Shown here piece by piece: positions 12,835 to 13,480 of a DNA stretch of 13,480 bases. Position 1 is the stretch's first letter; each line of letters begins with the position of its first letter. Position numbers and translations under genes: made by a program. Below the pieces are notes generated by a model, which was not told where the DNA came from, made no database searches, and was given only the letters and a program-made list of their open reading frames with translations. The stretch covers positions 1 to 13,480 of the IMG/VR virus record IMGVR_UViG_2740892234_000009, one strand, 5' to 3'. The stretch comes from a virus. Taxonomy: Duplodnaviria; Heunggongvirae; Uroviricota; Caudoviricetes.

Positions 12835-13113
12835 ATGGCGCAAAATTCCAGACTACACAATTCTGATAATTCAGCCGTCTTTGCCAGCAGGCACGGGCGG
12901 CGTTCTCATGCATTCAAATCTGACTGGTTCCGGCACGCCCCATGCACTGAAGAACAGGCCGAATGGCTGATTCAGAACTACCGCAGACGTGGGTATGAGT
13001 TTAGGAAAGCCCTCAGCCTCGATTATCGTCACTGGATAATCTACGTCAGGCTGCCGTACTCCGAGCGCCCACCGCGTCCGTCCCGCACATTCCAGCAACG
13101 CATCTGGAGGTAA
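12835..13113 (+). CDS. Hypothetical 92-aa basic protein
   Basis: GGAG RBS 12824-12827, ATG 12835; Arg-rich product; no homolog recognised. Confidence 0.4.
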   Translation: MAQNSRLHNSDNSAVFASRHGRRSHAFKSDWFRHAPCTEEQAEWLIQNYRRRGYEFRKALSLDYRHWIIYVRLPYSERPPRPSRTFQQRIWR

Positions 13114-13114
13114 C

Positions 13115-13480
13115 GTGCGGGTATTACTTCGACCTGTTCCGGTACCGGAACTTGGGTTGGAGGTCCTTAAACCAGGCCGTGAATCCATGCAGGTATTCCA
13201 TAACCCTCGAGTGCTTGTGGAGCCGGAACCGAAAAGCATGCGCGGTCTGCCGTCCGGCATCGTCCCTGCCGTTCGCCAGCCGCTGGCGGAGGATAAATCA
13301 TTACTGCCGTTTTTCAGCAATGAGCGTGTGATTCGTGCTGTTGGTGGCGCTGGTGCACTGTCTGACTGGCTGTTGCGTCATGTCAAATCCTGCCAGTGGC
13401 CTCATGGTGACTATCATCACAGTGAAACCGTTATTCACCGTTATGGTACCGGCGCAATGGTGTTGTGCTGGCACTGCGAC
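13115..13480 (+). CDS. Phage protein, 5' partial (runs off the window end); possibly YdfU/DUF968-like
   Basis: GTG 13115 preceded by GGAGG (13106-13110); open for 122 codons to the window end; C-terminal visible part ...CQWPHGDYHHSETVIHRYGTGAMVLCWHCD is Cys/His-rich. Family assignment is tentative (memory plus Qin synteny hokD-rem-ydfU). Confidence 0.45.
   Translation, partial: MRVLLRPVPVPELGLEVLKPGRESMQVFHNPRVLVEPEPKSMRGLPSGIVPAVRQPLAEDKSLLPFFSNERVIRAVGGAGALSDWLLRHVKSCQWPHGDYHHSETVIHRYGTGAMVLCWHCD

Noticed and set aside
12871-13320. Track ORF 12871..13320 (-)
   Set aside because: Overlaps two plus-strand ORFs that have good RBSs and runs antisense to the partial terminal gene; Arg/Ser/Gly-rich composition typical of antisense readthrough.
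1-13480. CRISPR array, tRNA/tmRNA, integrase/att site, IS element
   Set aside because: No spacer-repeat periodicity, no tRNA-like cloverleaf-forming conserved sequence recognised, and no integrase or transposase-like ORF in any frame. The only tandem repeats are the iterons at 8281-8400.

Overview
This window looks like a mosaic early/immunity region of lambdoid (Rac/Qin-like) enterobacterial prophage DNA from a draft assembly. Three 10-N gaps (2570-2579, 5030-5039, 12024-12033) each fall at a repeated prophage element, so adjacency across them is not proven. Left to right: the N-terminal ~638 codons of recE (minus strand, runs off the window start); ydfD-like, dicB and the DicF sRNA (minus); a CI-type repressor module (cI-like, divergent cro/DicC-like, truncated YdaT-like) with a two-gene operon at the rexAB-equivalent position; a second DicA/DicC-type module with its own three-gene downstream operon; a YdaT-like gene; an O-like replication initiator interrupted by a frameshift inside its iteron array; a lambda P-like gene; a tandem winged-helix protein; an AT-rich island carrying a solo ModA-family periplasmic binding protein; a hok-family toxin gene; and small downstream genes ending in a partial ORF. 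No integrase, IS element, tRNA or CRISPR array was seen. The most unusual signal is a pair of paralogous small proteins (3028-3402 and 5402-5809) with a conserved ~50-aa N-terminus and unrelated AT-rich C-terminal cassettes, each next to a conserved ~115-bp element with two palindromes/hairpins, one showing a compensatory stem change. All homology statements are from reading the sequence and memory of the named families; no database search was run.
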